From: Takakia lepidozioides
Lineage: Eukaryota > Plantae > Bryophyta
Length of the DNA stretch: 64,000 nt
Assembly (NCBI GenBank): GCA_030704615.1
Contig: CM060731.1
Span: 65,906,001 to 65,970,000, forward strand
Direction: 5' to 3'
Numbering within the stretch: position 1 is the first letter of the stretch; every line of letters starts with the position of its first letter. Shown one piece after another: positions 1-12,961 of this stretch. The notes beneath the pieces are model-generated. The model ran no database searches and was not told the origin of the DNA. It was given only the letters and a program-made list of their open reading frames with translations. Both the position numbers and the translations under genes were made by a program.

Positions 1-1779
1 AGTTGTGGCAACACCTACTTTCCTTGTCAACGGTGTGTTGGCTACAGGAGCTGACGAATCTTGGAGTGTCAGCGATTGGCGCAAGCTTCTGGATCCACTA
101 TTGAAGACAGGTGACTGTCTTGTGGAGTGAGAGATGTCAAGGAGTCTCCTCTATAGCATATCAGAAGATAATGGTTTGTTTTGATCATTTAGGTCTTAAT
201 TTGTATGCGGACAGAATGGGACAGCTGGTATTGCTCAGCAGTGAGACCTGACAAACCAACTATGGTATTGACCATGAGTTAAGTGAGATATTTGTGTGGA
301 AGCTGTACTCTGGACCATTGACAGATGCCACTACTGTCTCTATTCTGCTCGACTTTTGGCAGCATATAGGAAGCTGTGCAGTGTACAATGGAATCCTTAG
401 TGAACTTAGGGTGGTACATTTATTTCTCCATGGAAGAAGGACGAGCCCATAGACCTTTTGTCGAGAGTAAGTACAAATTCACATACATAGAGAATTCTTC
501 TGGGGTGTGCATATTCTCTGTTGAAAGTGTGGAGCATGTTGACAGGTTTTCCCTGTTTCACATTTGATGTTGAATGTACTCGCAGTAGTCTGAACTCGTT
601 GGTTTGGTCTCCTTTTCTTGTAGGCAACAGGTTGAGCATTTGAGGAGACCATTGCTGCAGTGGATCTTGAGGGGGCAAATCTCTCTCTGAGAGCTGGCTG
701 TATTGGACAAAAATGTCACTGTCTATGGCACTTGACACATATAGAATAGCTCCGCAGAATATCTCTGTAGGCAGTCATTTTTCACTCACTTCTAAATAGA
801 TCCCTGATGTATCTTAATTACAGTGCCTCCTGCAGTTGCAAGCTCCTTTTATGTATTGTACTTTTTCACTAATATGGAGAAATGCTATACATCCAAACTA
901 ACTAAATATTTCGAGTTTGCAGGCCAGTTGCATACAAGCTTACATCTAGCAATGTAGTAGTCATGCAAATTGAGTGGTGGCCATGGTAACTGTTGGTTTT
1001 TGGGGTCATTAAGAAAGGCCAAAGAGTAAAGAGTGTGGTTAGGGGCAGTTCTTCATACTCAAGCGAGATAGCGAGTGTGCGAATGATTTTGCATTTCTCA
1101 AGATGTGTCAAGCCCATCCTTTCAACCATTATCTTCCATCTTTTCAGTCTGCCAATGTTGAGGACATGGCAGCACTGAAATTGCACAGTCTGGGTTAACC
1201 AAGCATAAGAGAAGAGAGCAGCGAGCCCATCTTCCCCTTCCCAAGGTTCATTTTCCATCAGTGTTTGTCAGTAGCCCTTTGCAGGGTGAGGTGCCTCCAA
1301 AAACTCCTCTTCCACCCAACTTCTTCATCCTAAAGCAAGCAGGATCTTGAAAGATAAAAGCTTCTGACTGCAACTTCAAAATGTCCTACTATGGTTGCAG
1401 TACTAAAACTGTTCAAAGGTTCAAAGTTTACACTGGAGATGCTCTAAAACTTCAAAACCCACACATCAAACTGGCAGACGATTGAGCAAACTGGCACAGG
1501 GTGCATGCTTTTGAAAAGAGATTCAGCCTCCAGGCCCTCTCTTCAAACCGAAAAGGCTCATGCGCCATTTCGACAAGGTCCAGATTCTCGAAGTAGGCTC
1601 TTAACTCTTAAGGTTTTGTATCGAAAGATTATCACATCAATCTTGTCATGTGACAGTGGACGAGGGACACGCCACAGTGCAGGATTGGGAATGCTATGGA
1701 TGCGGGGAGGGCACGAGGGTTACGGAAGGATGAAGGAGAAGGAGGGTAGTTAGATGGGGGGGCGATTAGTATATCCGTT

Positions 1780-2426
1780 GCGCACTGTAACGTCTAGCCC
1801 TAGCCTCGGGGTTTTTTAGTTAGTTTTGGTTTAGGGTTCAGTCCTGCGCTCGCTTGCGCTTTCTCTTTTTCGCCTGCTGTGTGTTGCTTTTCTCAGATCA
1901 TGCGTGCGCTCCTGCGCGCACTACTGGGTTGCTCGCGACGTCACGCTCCACCTCACTTTTCTTTCCGTTTTTTTCACTCGTCTGAGTATTTGGATTAGAA
2001 AATGTCGTTAGGGATTCAGCCCACTCTGTCTATACCACAGTCTTTCAGTTTCGAGGGCGTGTGAAGGATCTCTCCCTTTCTTTCACTGCTATGTGTGTGA
2101 CATATACCCGGATTTGTGACGAAAGCCCCATTGGATGGCGTCTGTAGATGTGCATGTTGTTGCGGGGTGTCGGTCTTGAGCTTTTAATGTGTGCGGAATA
2201 TACCCGGGCCAGTCGTTGTACGAGGTTCAACTCTACTTCTCCGGTTGTGCTTGTCTTCCAGCTATTATCAATTGGGAATTTGCGGTTCTAAAGAACAAAT
2301 GTTCTGTCACATTTATCCGACGCCTTTCGAAAGGCTCATCGTTTGTCTATGTGTGCGATAACAAACATGGAGCATATGGGGGACTGGAGGCTGGAATCAT
2401 AGTAGAAGAACGTGACAAAGGGCAGC
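1780..2426 (+). promoter_or_regulatory. Probable promoter/5'UTR of the RBM26/27-like gene
   Basis: CpG-rich, pyrimidine tracts and a telo-box-like GGTTTAGGGTT (1828-1838) upstream of the ATG at 2427. Confidence 0.4.
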
Positions 2427-5400
2427 ATGAAGATTGACGATGCTACTCTCAATCACTATCTGATAAAGAATTTACAACCATTGTAAGTTGCTGCTTCCGC
2501 CACTTTCCTCATCTTTCCTGGGGCTCTATGCTCCACGCTCTCTCTCCCTCTTTCTCTCTTCTAAGTTCTTGCGGTGGTTTAGAGACCTTGGCATGTGACT
2601 TGCAATGGAACCCTAGTATGTTTTACAATTCTAGTAGAGTGAGCTCACCAGTGAACCCAGCATTACAAATGGTTCCGTGAGGCCACCACTAAGGCTCTTC
2701 AATGTACTGGTAGGACGAAAAACCGAGAGTCTGTGGAGGTCGACAACTAATTTTCAGCGTCACTTCGTTTGGCCATTGCTCCGTCCCTGTCTATGTTTAC
2801 TGCATTTTTTTCTGTTGACTATTTCACATCCTTTCTTTTTCCGGCCCCTCTTGACATCTGTGTATACACAGACATATCGTCTCACCTTGTTCATTATTCA
2901 CTGCTGCCCTACCCTGCTGCTAGCCTTGTGCATGATGGTCCATGAGCCTTCTTTTGGACTCATTTTCCTAACGCAGCATTCTTTTCCAAAACTAGGCTTT
3001 CCTGTTGCGTGCATGTTGTTTGAAATAAATACCTTGACCCCTCAGCTTTTTAGGTCCCTCCAGCACAGGTTTGCTGTCTGTCTCCACCTGCCTCTTTATG
3101 GTTATGTATGCTTTTTGTTGCCTTTTTTCTTTGTATCTGTTGTAATCCATCTGTATAAATCCTTTTCTTACTGCAAAAAAACTCTTTGGAACTTTCATGA
3201 TTATCTCTCCATATCAGTTTCTTTCTGGCGAGTTTGAACACACACACTCTCTTTCTCTATCTTCAACCTGTTTAGCGTCGCTTTTCTACCTTCACTTGCT
3301 ACTCCTGTCTGTGGGTATATTCATAACAGGCAGTGAATGGGAGATTGTGTTAGGAAGAAGCCTCCACTCCTCGTAGTCTTACTTTCTGTTCCTCCAGATA
3401 TGTTTAATCATTTGTGTATTTCTTGTTATCTTCCTTGAGCACAATTCCTTCCTAAAAAGTTTTTATATTCTGGTTTAGTCTCGTGTCTTGGCTTCACCAT
3501 GAGAAATTTGCTAAGCTCCCTTCCTGGTCTAGTTAGCCCTGCCGTGCTTGTGGACGATGTTTGGTAAGAAAGGGCAGGTTGGATTTTCTCTCCTCCCTCT
3601 TACGGACATGCAACACACAGATGGGAAGTTTGGCAGAGAAAAGTGAAGCAGCAGGATTTGAGAGTGGTGATTGGGTGAGTGACTGAAATTCCTGTATTTT
3701 AATGAGTTAAGACTATCTTGAAGGATCAATGAGCCATTACCAGGATGGAGCAGGATCATAGCTGTTCAATGCTAGTGCGCCATCAATTATACCCCTTTCG
3801 AGGAGTACTGTTTTGTTCTTCTTAAATTTTTTACAAAATGTAAGAAAAGTATGTGTGTGGAGAGTGGTCTCATGGTCCTTGGCTGCCTGTGAAACAGGAC
3901 AGAGGCAGATCCAACTTTGCTTTCTGACTACGTAGCGGCACTGCTGAAGAACAACAAGCCCAAGAAGGAACTGCATAAGCTGTGCATTGATCAGCTTTAC
4001 GATTTTCTAGGAGAGGGTACTGTCTTAACATCCCAATGATGAGCCCCCATATTTGTGTATCAGCTTGCTTTGTTTTGACTTTTTTCCTATTTGTATAGGT
4101 CCTTTTTAATTCGTGAATCCTCTCACATTACCTACGGCTTGTGGTTGCATGCTGGCTATGCCACTTTGAAGTTTCATAATCATGATGGCAATGCTGTCAT
4201 TCCATCATGCACTCTAGTTGCAAACCACATTGCTATTGAGCACTTAAGTGAAACCAGTTTTATCAGTGAAGCTGGAATTGGTTGTGAGCAGGAACAAAGA
4301 CCTTTGTTGTAAATCTATTTCATGCACTTGAAGATGGGACAATCCCTACTTCTCCAGAGGAGTTGGAGAGTTCCAAGCAAATGGATGCTGCAGGTGCTAT
4401 TGGTAGTGTTGCGGAGATGCCACCACAGTTAGAAAGGCTACCGAATGCCTCGTTGCGTCCATGGAATATGAATGGCGAGGATGAGGAAGAGGAGGAGGAA
4501 GAGGAGAGCAGCGACGAGGATCGCAATCATAAGCATCGGCGCCGAGTATCCCGCTCTCGTTCCTATGATCGCAGTGATGATCCGGAGTCTGTGCGGTATA
4601 ATGGTCGGCCCTCAGGTGACAACGAGCGGCAGGCCGGGGACCCTGGCAGAGGGCCTGGTCATCCGGACAGAGATAGGCCTGCAAAATATGACAGACGATT
4701 GGGTCGAGAGCATGCAGGAGTTGGGCGTTTTAACAATGGGGACGAAGGACAGCGAGGTGCAATGAGAGGTGGCCCGCCTTTGCGAGGGGAGGGTGGTGCC
4801 CTTCGCTTTGATGGCAATCGAATGGGCCGTGGCAGAGGAACTGCCCCTTGGGCTGGGCCCCTTCCACCACCTCCCTTTCCTGATGCATCACATCCTCTTT
4901 TGCCTCCAACATCAGGTTTCTTTCCAGGAGGCAGGGCCATTCCTGGTCGAGGTTCTGTGTGGACTCCTGGATTTGGTCCTCTGCCTGTCATGGGCTCTGG
5001 ACCCTTGGAGCACACTCACCTCCTTCAAGGTGGCCGGGGGTCTACCGGTATGACCATGGGGATGGGCATGGGGCTGGGGCGGCTGAGATGCTTGGATTTT
5101 GAGGAGCGGGGTTATTGTCTCAGAGGGGATCTTTGTCCCATGGAGCATGGTGCCAACAGGATTGTTGTTGAAGATGTGCAGGTAAAGTTCAGGCATTGAA
5201 CCTCTTTACATAGCCTTGTAGCAAAATGCCATAGGGGCAATTTCGGGTGCAGTTTATAGTCCAGTTGTTTCTGCATCTTTGAAAGCTGCTGATGGACCAC
5301 TGGCCGTAATGCATTGCTGCTGCAGTCAACCACAGCTTTTGTCATGGCATCTGGTTGTCCCCTCCCTCATAGCACATCTTGATGTGAAGAACTGACAAGT

Positions 5401-8333
5401 TGGGTGTGGCCTTGTAGGTTTAGTAATCTAACTGGACCACAGTCAGGTAGGTCGAGAGACATTTGAATCTTCTTAAGTAAAGGTCCAACCTACTGTGGGA
5501 TGTAAGTTGATTTCACTGGCGACACAAGAAAGGCAGCCCAGCAGAGTTCTCTAACTAGTGTTCTTCCAAGTGACAGAAGACTTCTGGTTGAGTCAACTTA
5601 GATTCACAGCAGATACTTTTCCAGATTGCAATTCCTGGCCATTGTGAATTGTTCGCAAAGGACATTTAACCATCTGAAGGGGAAGGCCTTATTATCTAAT
5701 TCCAATTCAGTGTCGCGTGCTATCACCAGATTAAGCATGTCATGCTGTCCTTTATGTCTGGTGGTTCTGGAGGAGGGGGCAGGCTGACAACATGTCATTT
5801 CAATTCCTCTTGTTGCAGAGCCTTTCCAAGTTCAATTTGCCGGTAGCACTTCCTAGTGGACGAGGCATGGGCATGGGTCCAGGGCCGATGACTACATCAA
5901 CAGCACCAATGCTACCTTCCAGTTTACCCACAGTCACTAGAGGTAGCCGTGGCAACTGGGAGCCAAGTGTTCCTGCCATAGGAGAGGTGCCCAGCCAATT
6001 GAATGGGACTGTCTCAGATGAACCTGACTTGTATGACCCTGATCAACTACTTTGGAACAAAGACCGGCCTGAAGCATCGGCGAGAATCAGGAAGTTACCA
6101 TCATTTCAGAAAGCAGCTCAAGAGCAGGAGAGGGAGGGACATCCTTCTATCAAGTCTGATGGAAGAGGTGGTGAAGGTGTGGGAAGAGAAGCAACCAATG
6201 GTGGGTTGCAGGGACCTGACCCTGGATCCACGGTTTGGGATAGGATTGGGCCTGTGGATCGTGGTGGCAGCAGCATGGAGGGGAAGCCATTGCATAAGGA
6301 TAGCTTGGAGGAGCCACGGGGTCGGGGTAGAGGAGGGCCTTGGTCTGGAAGATGGGAACGTGAAATGGATAGTGTGGCTCCCCATCTGCGAGGAATGCCG
6401 GGACGAGGGCAAGGTGGCGGTCCATGGGGGGAGGCAGGACCACCTGTTCAACGGACTGGGGATGGTACCAGCTATGGACCACGTGCGACTGGGGTCCATG
6501 GATTGGGAGCAGAGAGAGCCCAGCGCACGCTGTATGTAAGCTGCATACCTCCCACCACCAATCGAGCTGAGGTCTTGCTGTCTCACTTCCAGAAGTTTGG
6601 ACATGTGGTAGACGTGCGAATCCCCCCCCGCAGTGATAGAGCTTTCGTCCAATTTGCTTGCCGTGAAGAAGCTGAAGCAGCCTTGTCATCATCAGATGCA
6701 GTTATAGGGAACCGCTTCATTCGTCTTTCATGGGCCAACCGTGACAGCATCCCTGCTGACAATGTTGCTTCCACTTCCTTTGCTGGCCGGCCTTCTGCAT
6801 CTGAGGCTGTAGGCAGTGTTGCACTACCGACATCAAAAGGAAGAGAAAAGCTGGGATTGGTCACTGGGAATGGCGTGGGCACAGGCTTGACAGGCATACC
6901 AGAGACAGCAGCTGTGGAAGGGGCAGGCAAGGCAGTCACTGCAAATGGTTCTGCATCTTCCATGGCTGCTCCAGAAGGAAATGCGCAGAAAAAACAGGAG
7001 GAGCTTGAACTTATGCGGGAGCAGATTCGACAGAAACAGGAGGCCCTTGCTCGGAAACGTGATGATTTTCGGCGTAAGCTAGACAAGCTTGCTAACCAGG
7101 TAAGCTGTCCACTATCATGCTGCATTTGCGATTTCATTCACATCCTGCAGTGAAGTCTTCTGGAAGTTTTTGTCCACTATGTGCACATTTGTAATGAGGT
7201 GTGAAAATGTTGACATTTAAAGACTATTCCTACAATTCCCGATGTGGTTCTTAATCTTTATGTGGGTGCTCTCACAGGGAGTAGGCGGGCAGGCAGGGCT
7301 CTCAGAAGATCAGCCTAGCAAGCGGCAAAAGCTGGAGGACACAGGAGACTCTAGTGCACGTAATGAGGGTGTCTCGGCAGCTGTCACACCTACTACTGCT
7401 GGACTGAGGAAGAGCAACTCTGGAGAAGTCTCTATACCGGCTGGAGTGTTGCAGCCCTCAGCCAGGCCTGCAAAGTCACCACATCCAAGGATCAGCATTG
7501 CTAGCATGAGCAGCAGTCACACTTCTCCGGCCTCTTGGGGCCCTGCAAGGTTCAAACTGGATAATCGAACTTCTGTACTGAGAATTCTTCCACCGCTTCC
7601 AGCAATTGCAGATGTAAGTTTCAGAAGGGTTTGGATCTTTAATGTGTGTGGTAAGATGATGTTGTTAGGCTGAGAAGTTTGCTTACCAATGTTCAGTGTA
7701 CTGAATGCTTGTGAGGTCAGTTTATCTTTTCAAGGATGTGTTTTACATGGTTGGGGTCTGAGTTGTATATCTCTCTCTCTCTACTCTGCTAGTTGCTACA
7801 TGTATAGAGAAGATCGCCTGAAGAGTGGCATGGACTGGCGGCTATTTTGGCAGATTGCAATTTTGAGAGAACATTTTGCGATGTTCGGAGAAGTGTCAAG
7901 TGTGGAAGTAGAGGATCCAGAGGGTGAGAAATTGGAGGCAGCACGACCATTGACTACTAATAGCTATTTGCTGGTGAGCTTTACCGCACGGCGAGCTGCA
8001 GAGAGGGCTTTTGTGCAAGGCAGGTGGTTGCAGGGCCAAACTCTGCATCTTGCTTGGGCCCCCGCCTCTGCAGGTGGTCGGGTCGTGGATGGACCTGGGC
8101 TTTCTAACAAAGCTCTCTCAGCCAGGGAGGCAGAGGAATCCAATAGAGTGGATGGGCAAGCCCTGAACTCGGTAATTGAAGGGTTTACCCCAGAGGAAGA
8201 TAATGGAGGCCGAAAAGATGGAATGAGGCAGGCCTTGCCAAGGTTGGCACAGCAACAAGCACCAGTACAATTAACAAACATGTCAGAGGGTGCAAGCAGT
8301 GGCAATGCATCAACTGTCAAAAGACTTACGTAG
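2427..8333 (+). CDS. RBM26/RBM27-like RNA-binding protein (PWI + CCCH zinc finger + 2 RRM). Exons 2427-2482, 3898-4016, 4292-5181, 5819-7099, 7278-7613, 7854-8333
   Basis: Spliced translation gives the PWI start MKIDDATLNHYLIKNLQPL-TEADPTLLSDYVAALLKNNKPKKELHKLCIDQLYDFLGEGTKTFVVNLF. It also gives CCCH RCLDFEERGYCLRGDLCPMEHG, RRM1 TLYVSCIP...HFQKFG...AFVQF...GNRFIRLSWA, coiled coil KKQEELELMREQIRQKQE, KLDNRT, and RRM2 HFAMFGEV...AERAF. All introns are GT-AG with compatible phases. Confidence 0.93.
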
Positions 8334-8851
8334 GATTTGGGCTCTCCTGGGTAGCGGGTTTAGTCCGAGGGTGGAGGTCATTGCTGAAGCAGTTGCCATG
8401 GTGCTTGACAGTCGTTTAGTTGGCTGCTTGTAGCTTTTGGAATGATTATGCGCAAGAACAATGATTCTCAGCTCTCATGTACGGCGGAAGATTGAGAGCT
8501 GTGTGTGGCAGAGCACTGTGAAGTATCCTAGTTCCTGATGCATGGGGTTTTACTTGTACACTGGCCACCCCTAGTGTGCAAGTTTCAATTTAAGAACTCT
8601 CTATGTGCAGCATTCTGTTGGAATTGGCATTGCTAGTGTTATGCAAGTCTATCCAGTTCCTCATGGTCTGACTGAGTGAAATTTCCGACCTTTCAGATGG
8701 TCTTTTAGCATGTAACTCTTGCTATACAAATTACAACACAGATTTTCACCATACTCCATTTTAAACAGTATCACTTCTTTGTAAGGAAGGCCCTCATCTA
8801 GTGTACATGACTAATGACTGGTTTGAAGTGGGACTGTGGTCATCCGCGCTT

Positions 8852-8994
8852 CACTGCACAGTCCATGGGACGGACTGATGGAAAGACTTTGAAAAGCATA
8901 TATTCCAATCATATGTGACACGCATCACTGCATAGTCATGGGACTGACTGATGGAAAGACTTTGAAAAGCATATATTCCAATCATATGTGACAC
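8852..8994. repeat. ~74-bp tandem duplication in the convergent intergenic region
   Basis: cactgca...gactgatggaaagactttgaaaagcatatattccaatcatatgtgacac occurs twice. Confidence 0.95.
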
Positions 8995-9832
8995 AAACTG
9001 GAGGTACATCTTCCTGAGTAAATGTGTTGACCTTCCTATGGTGGAAGGAAACTAGTGGGGAGGTTAAACACTTCACAGGAAGAGATGGTTTGCTTTTCCA
9101 TGTTTAAGAGAGGTGTTTCAGGTCACCCATGGTGGACTGTTGTGTAGTGAGTCAACCTGCAAAGAGCAATGCTGCAAAAATAGTGAGAGCAACTGCACAT
9201 TCACCAATGTTGAATAACCTTTTGAGAAAATCTGTTGCTTGGGTTGGCAATTGAAACTGGCCAAGAGATCAGGCCACAGCCTCACTTTATAATCTATTCT
9301 TGTTATACCAGAAGGGAATGTTACAATAGAGTTCGTGACCTTGAAAGTTGTGTTGAGGATAGGTTCTTAAGAGGAGCCTGAGTTGCAGAGTTTTTGGTTT
9401 GCTCCATTGGCGCATCAGCTACCACTTCTTTGTTCTCCAAGGTCAAGATGCAAACACATAGCTCATTGCATGACACACACTGGAGTGCAACTACTTCAGT
9501 GCGATGATGCGATCTCATGCTATATATATTTTATCTTGTGATGGTGGGCTTATGAACCTACTCGGGATGCATGGCAGTGAGACAGAGTACGTCTGAAATG
9601 GGTTTGTGATATCTCTTGACTTTATTAAAAACTGTAAAATCTGCACAACCTCAATCCATGTTCCGTTTTAGGTCTAAATGTGATATTGAGAGTTTCAGGT
9701 CTTTCATATCTGGAGCCGGGTGCCCAGATAGCTTTGGGAGCAGGCTCCTCGCTCTAACAAAACAGGCCCAGACCAAAAACTACAATTGAAGTTTAATTTA
9801 AACACAGAAAACTGTGGTACCTGTTCTCATGA

Positions 9833-11373
9833 TCAGTGACTGCTTGCATCCCCACTCTTGAGAGCTTCATGCGTAACAGGCTGGGTACACGGTGCCCAAT
9901 CAAATTGCAATGCGTGACCGTGCAGCCACCTGCCTTGCACGAATGCTCTCTCTGCACCTCGCCGTGTGGCAAAGCTAACTCGCACAAAACTTGTCTTGTC
10001 AGTCGAATTCTGACAACCGGATTCCTGTTTAATACCTTCCGCATCTTCCATCTCCACACTCGCCACTTCCCCGAACCTTGCAAAATGTTCCTTCACAATT
10101 GCAATCTGACCACCTCACCCCTTATTCGCGTTCATCAGTAGGTAAGTTTGCTACACATTACTGTATATACGCATATAGCTCTGTTATTCAGGTTTCCACT
10201 TTTACTGTATCGCTTGTTTCTCTCCCTCGAACTCAGTGAAGGCTTCTCATCATGGGAACTGAGGGAAATGCGAGAGAAAAGTTTCTGCCTTGCTTTAGTT
10301 TTTTAACTGTAAATTTTGTGTGAATAGATGACTATGTATCCAGCACGCAACATTGCAGGTCGAGCTCAAATGCAATTGTATGTGGAAATGACCTTCAGAC
10401 AGATGCAAAACTTGCGTACACCCTTGCATGAATGCTAGGTAATGCTAGACATGCACTTACATCCGATACGATTGGTGAAAAAGGTGGGAGAATCCGAAAA
10501 ATAGTGGTACGATTGTCCAACTTGTAGCGCTTTATTTGTGGTCCTTGCTCCAGTGCCATGATCGCTAGCTGGCCGGCAGCATGGGCGGCTGCACTAGTAG
10601 CAGTCGGTACCTTTGACATCACCTTCGCCATCATACGACAGTCTCCTTGCTTTGACTGGACACCCCTACTCACGGCCACCTCGCCACAGCTAGGAACCTC
10701 CATTTGCTGCCGTTTTAGAGACCGTTGCTCCGTTGAATCTGAAAACTCTGCTCGTCGAGCTCCCTGTCCCAGACAGACTTGTGATAGTTTGCTTACATGG
10801 TACGAGTCGACTCAACTATCTGGTTTAGCGCCTCTACATTGTACTTGCTAATAATAGAAATAGCATCCTAGTCTGCATTGATTCAAGGCGGTTCTTGGTT
10901 AGATCTGTCTCTGAGGAAAATAGATCTACATGTACTGATCTCGAGTAAATGTACACTCTTGCTAGGCAGGTGGAGCGCTGATATGATGTGCGAAGTATAA
11001 ACAGGTCTACAGTACAACAAAAAAGAATTGTGTACCTGTTTCATAAGCTCGCTCAGTTTGCGACGAATGTCATCACGCTTTTGTGCAAGGGCCTCCTGTT
11101 TCCGCCGAATTTCATCTCGCATGAACTCCAGCTGCTCCTGTTTTTGGACACTGAGGAACGTCTCACAGGTTTCAGCTTTGCAAGTCGCTGTATCAGACAG
11201 TGTTTCCACCTCCGACAGGCGGGCTGCACCGTTTTTGATAGAAACTTGATCCACCTTTCCCGGAGCTAGCTTGATGTCCTGCAGATCAGGCTGCTTCTCC
11301 AAAAGTAGATCAGGCGTGGGCAATTGCCGCACAAGCTTGTTTCCCATTCTGTGCTCCTTACTTACTCCAGCAT
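9833..11373 (-). CDS. Truncated inverted paralogue of the RBM26/27-like gene (coiled coil + KLDNRT + RRM2). Exons ~11373-11036, 10763-10461, 10105-9833; gene or pseudogene
   Basis: QKQEQLEFMRDEIRRKQEALAQKRDDIRRKL, KRYKLDNRTTIFRILPP and IAIVKEHFARFGEVASVEMED...SFATRRGAERAFVQGRWLHG align to parent exons 4-6. The same two phase-0 introns are present with intact GT/AG, and these exons have no internal stops. Confidence 0.8.
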
Positions 11374-12961
11374 CTGAAAGAACACCTGACTACAGGTCCA
11401 CCTCTTACTTGCTTATTGATGTACAATATAATCACATCATCAGGATGCTCACTAGAGAGTTTCTCTATCTGTACTCGAAAGGTTGAAGCATTGATGTTGA
11501 CATAAATTGCACTATCCGACAGCAGACGTAACTATTTCATTATCCCTGGATCCCAAGTTTACATATTTCTCCACAACAGGTCCTTTTGTGAGGAGGCCAG
11601 GATTTAACTGCACATGGAGTGCGACATTGATAAGATCCTTCAAAGCGCCGAGAAAACTTTCTGAGTAAGCAGCCTTCGCTTTCCTTCTGGCTTCTCAAAA
11701 TCGCACTGCGATGAACAATAGTCGCCTGTTGCGTGGACTAGCACTTCATGATGAAACAGTTAAAGACAACACGACTCCCACAAGAGAAGGATATGAGCAA
11801 CGAAAGGTCAGACGCAACCTGCATGCATGGCAGCTGCTCACATCATGCGCCATCCGCCCTCCATCCGCCGTTCCACTCTGTATCGTGCCTCAATTGTGTT
11901 TTCGCTATCGACAAGCGTCGATTCAAGTCCGGAATCTCCCCTTTGTTTCCATGTGGCGATCTGCATGTGAAGAGTCTGAACGAATTTCGTGTTGATCTGA
12001 AGAGTCATGTACACAATTACAAGAAACGGGTAGGTAGTTATAACAGACAATTGCGGGCTGAACGTTTACGTGATTACATTTCATCCTTAGCTTTTGGAGT
12101 TGCACTTGTGATGGAGCATCTCAACTCTTCTCACCAGGGGACATACAAGTTGCTTACAGCTCCTCCCATTGGATGGCGCGAGGACATTTTGTGTGGGAGA
12201 AACAACGAAATGAATGCCTTTGCGATCGCTCTTGAAAGAAAATTCCTTGGTGGGAACTGCATTGGCAATTGGTGCAAAGCAGAAAAGTTGTGCAGCGGGA
12301 AATTCCTGGCCACAGATGGTCCACCAGCACGGCTCCATGCTGTCATGTAACAGTCGCCAGTTTTGTCCTAACCGCCAGTGCTGTTCTTCTGTTGTGGTCC
12401 TCCCTCTCCAGTTCCTCAGGCACTCTCATGCTTTGTCAAGCCGTGGATTTTGGAAAACATCTATGCTTCATGCCGCATCTGTGGTGCAAAGCATCACTCC
12501 GTGGTACATTACTTGAGTCAGTTTTTGGTAAGGTGTGACGTGCACGTAGTCTAAATAATAAATGCACCCGGATCTTCTCCATCTTCACAGGTTTCCAGCG
12601 TTGCCGCGTATCCACATTCTGCAACTGCCTCCTTGCATTGACCTGGAGTACTCAAAAGTAATTTTAGGATTCTTGTTATCCCATGCTACAGCCGGATATA
12701 ACCACGAGTAGGCCCAGAGTGAGATGTTAAAGGGACGAATCCTTGTGTAAGAGCACAAAGAATTGTTAATGCAAGGTTTATTCCACTCAGCTGCTGTTCA
12801 GGGCTTAAAGTAAGGCTCCTGTTGGAGCTCTCCTCCCTCCTCTCCGTGAGAGTGATCATGCATCCTTCTCCAAAATCAAGAGAAGAGGCACCGAGTGGAA
12901 AACTCTAGTTCTGTCAACATTACTATGGCGGGGTGGAGGTGAGGCTCCAGTGGCAGAGAAA

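Noticed and set aside
2677-3237. 186-aa hydrophobic ORF
   Set aside because: Inside T-rich intron 1 of the RBM26/27-like gene; base composition explains the Phe/Leu richness.
4320-8320. Many overlapping antisense and alternative-frame ORFs
   Set aside because: Shadows of GC-rich coding exons.
6980-11150. Long hairpin/siRNA formation between parent and inverted paralogue
   Set aside because: Nucleotide divergence looks too high by eye, and it would need read-through across about 1.5 kb.
11748-12350. 200-aa plus-strand ORF
   Set aside because: No recognisable domain or splice support; it lies antisense to the paralogue's degenerate 5' region and is probably a chance ORF.
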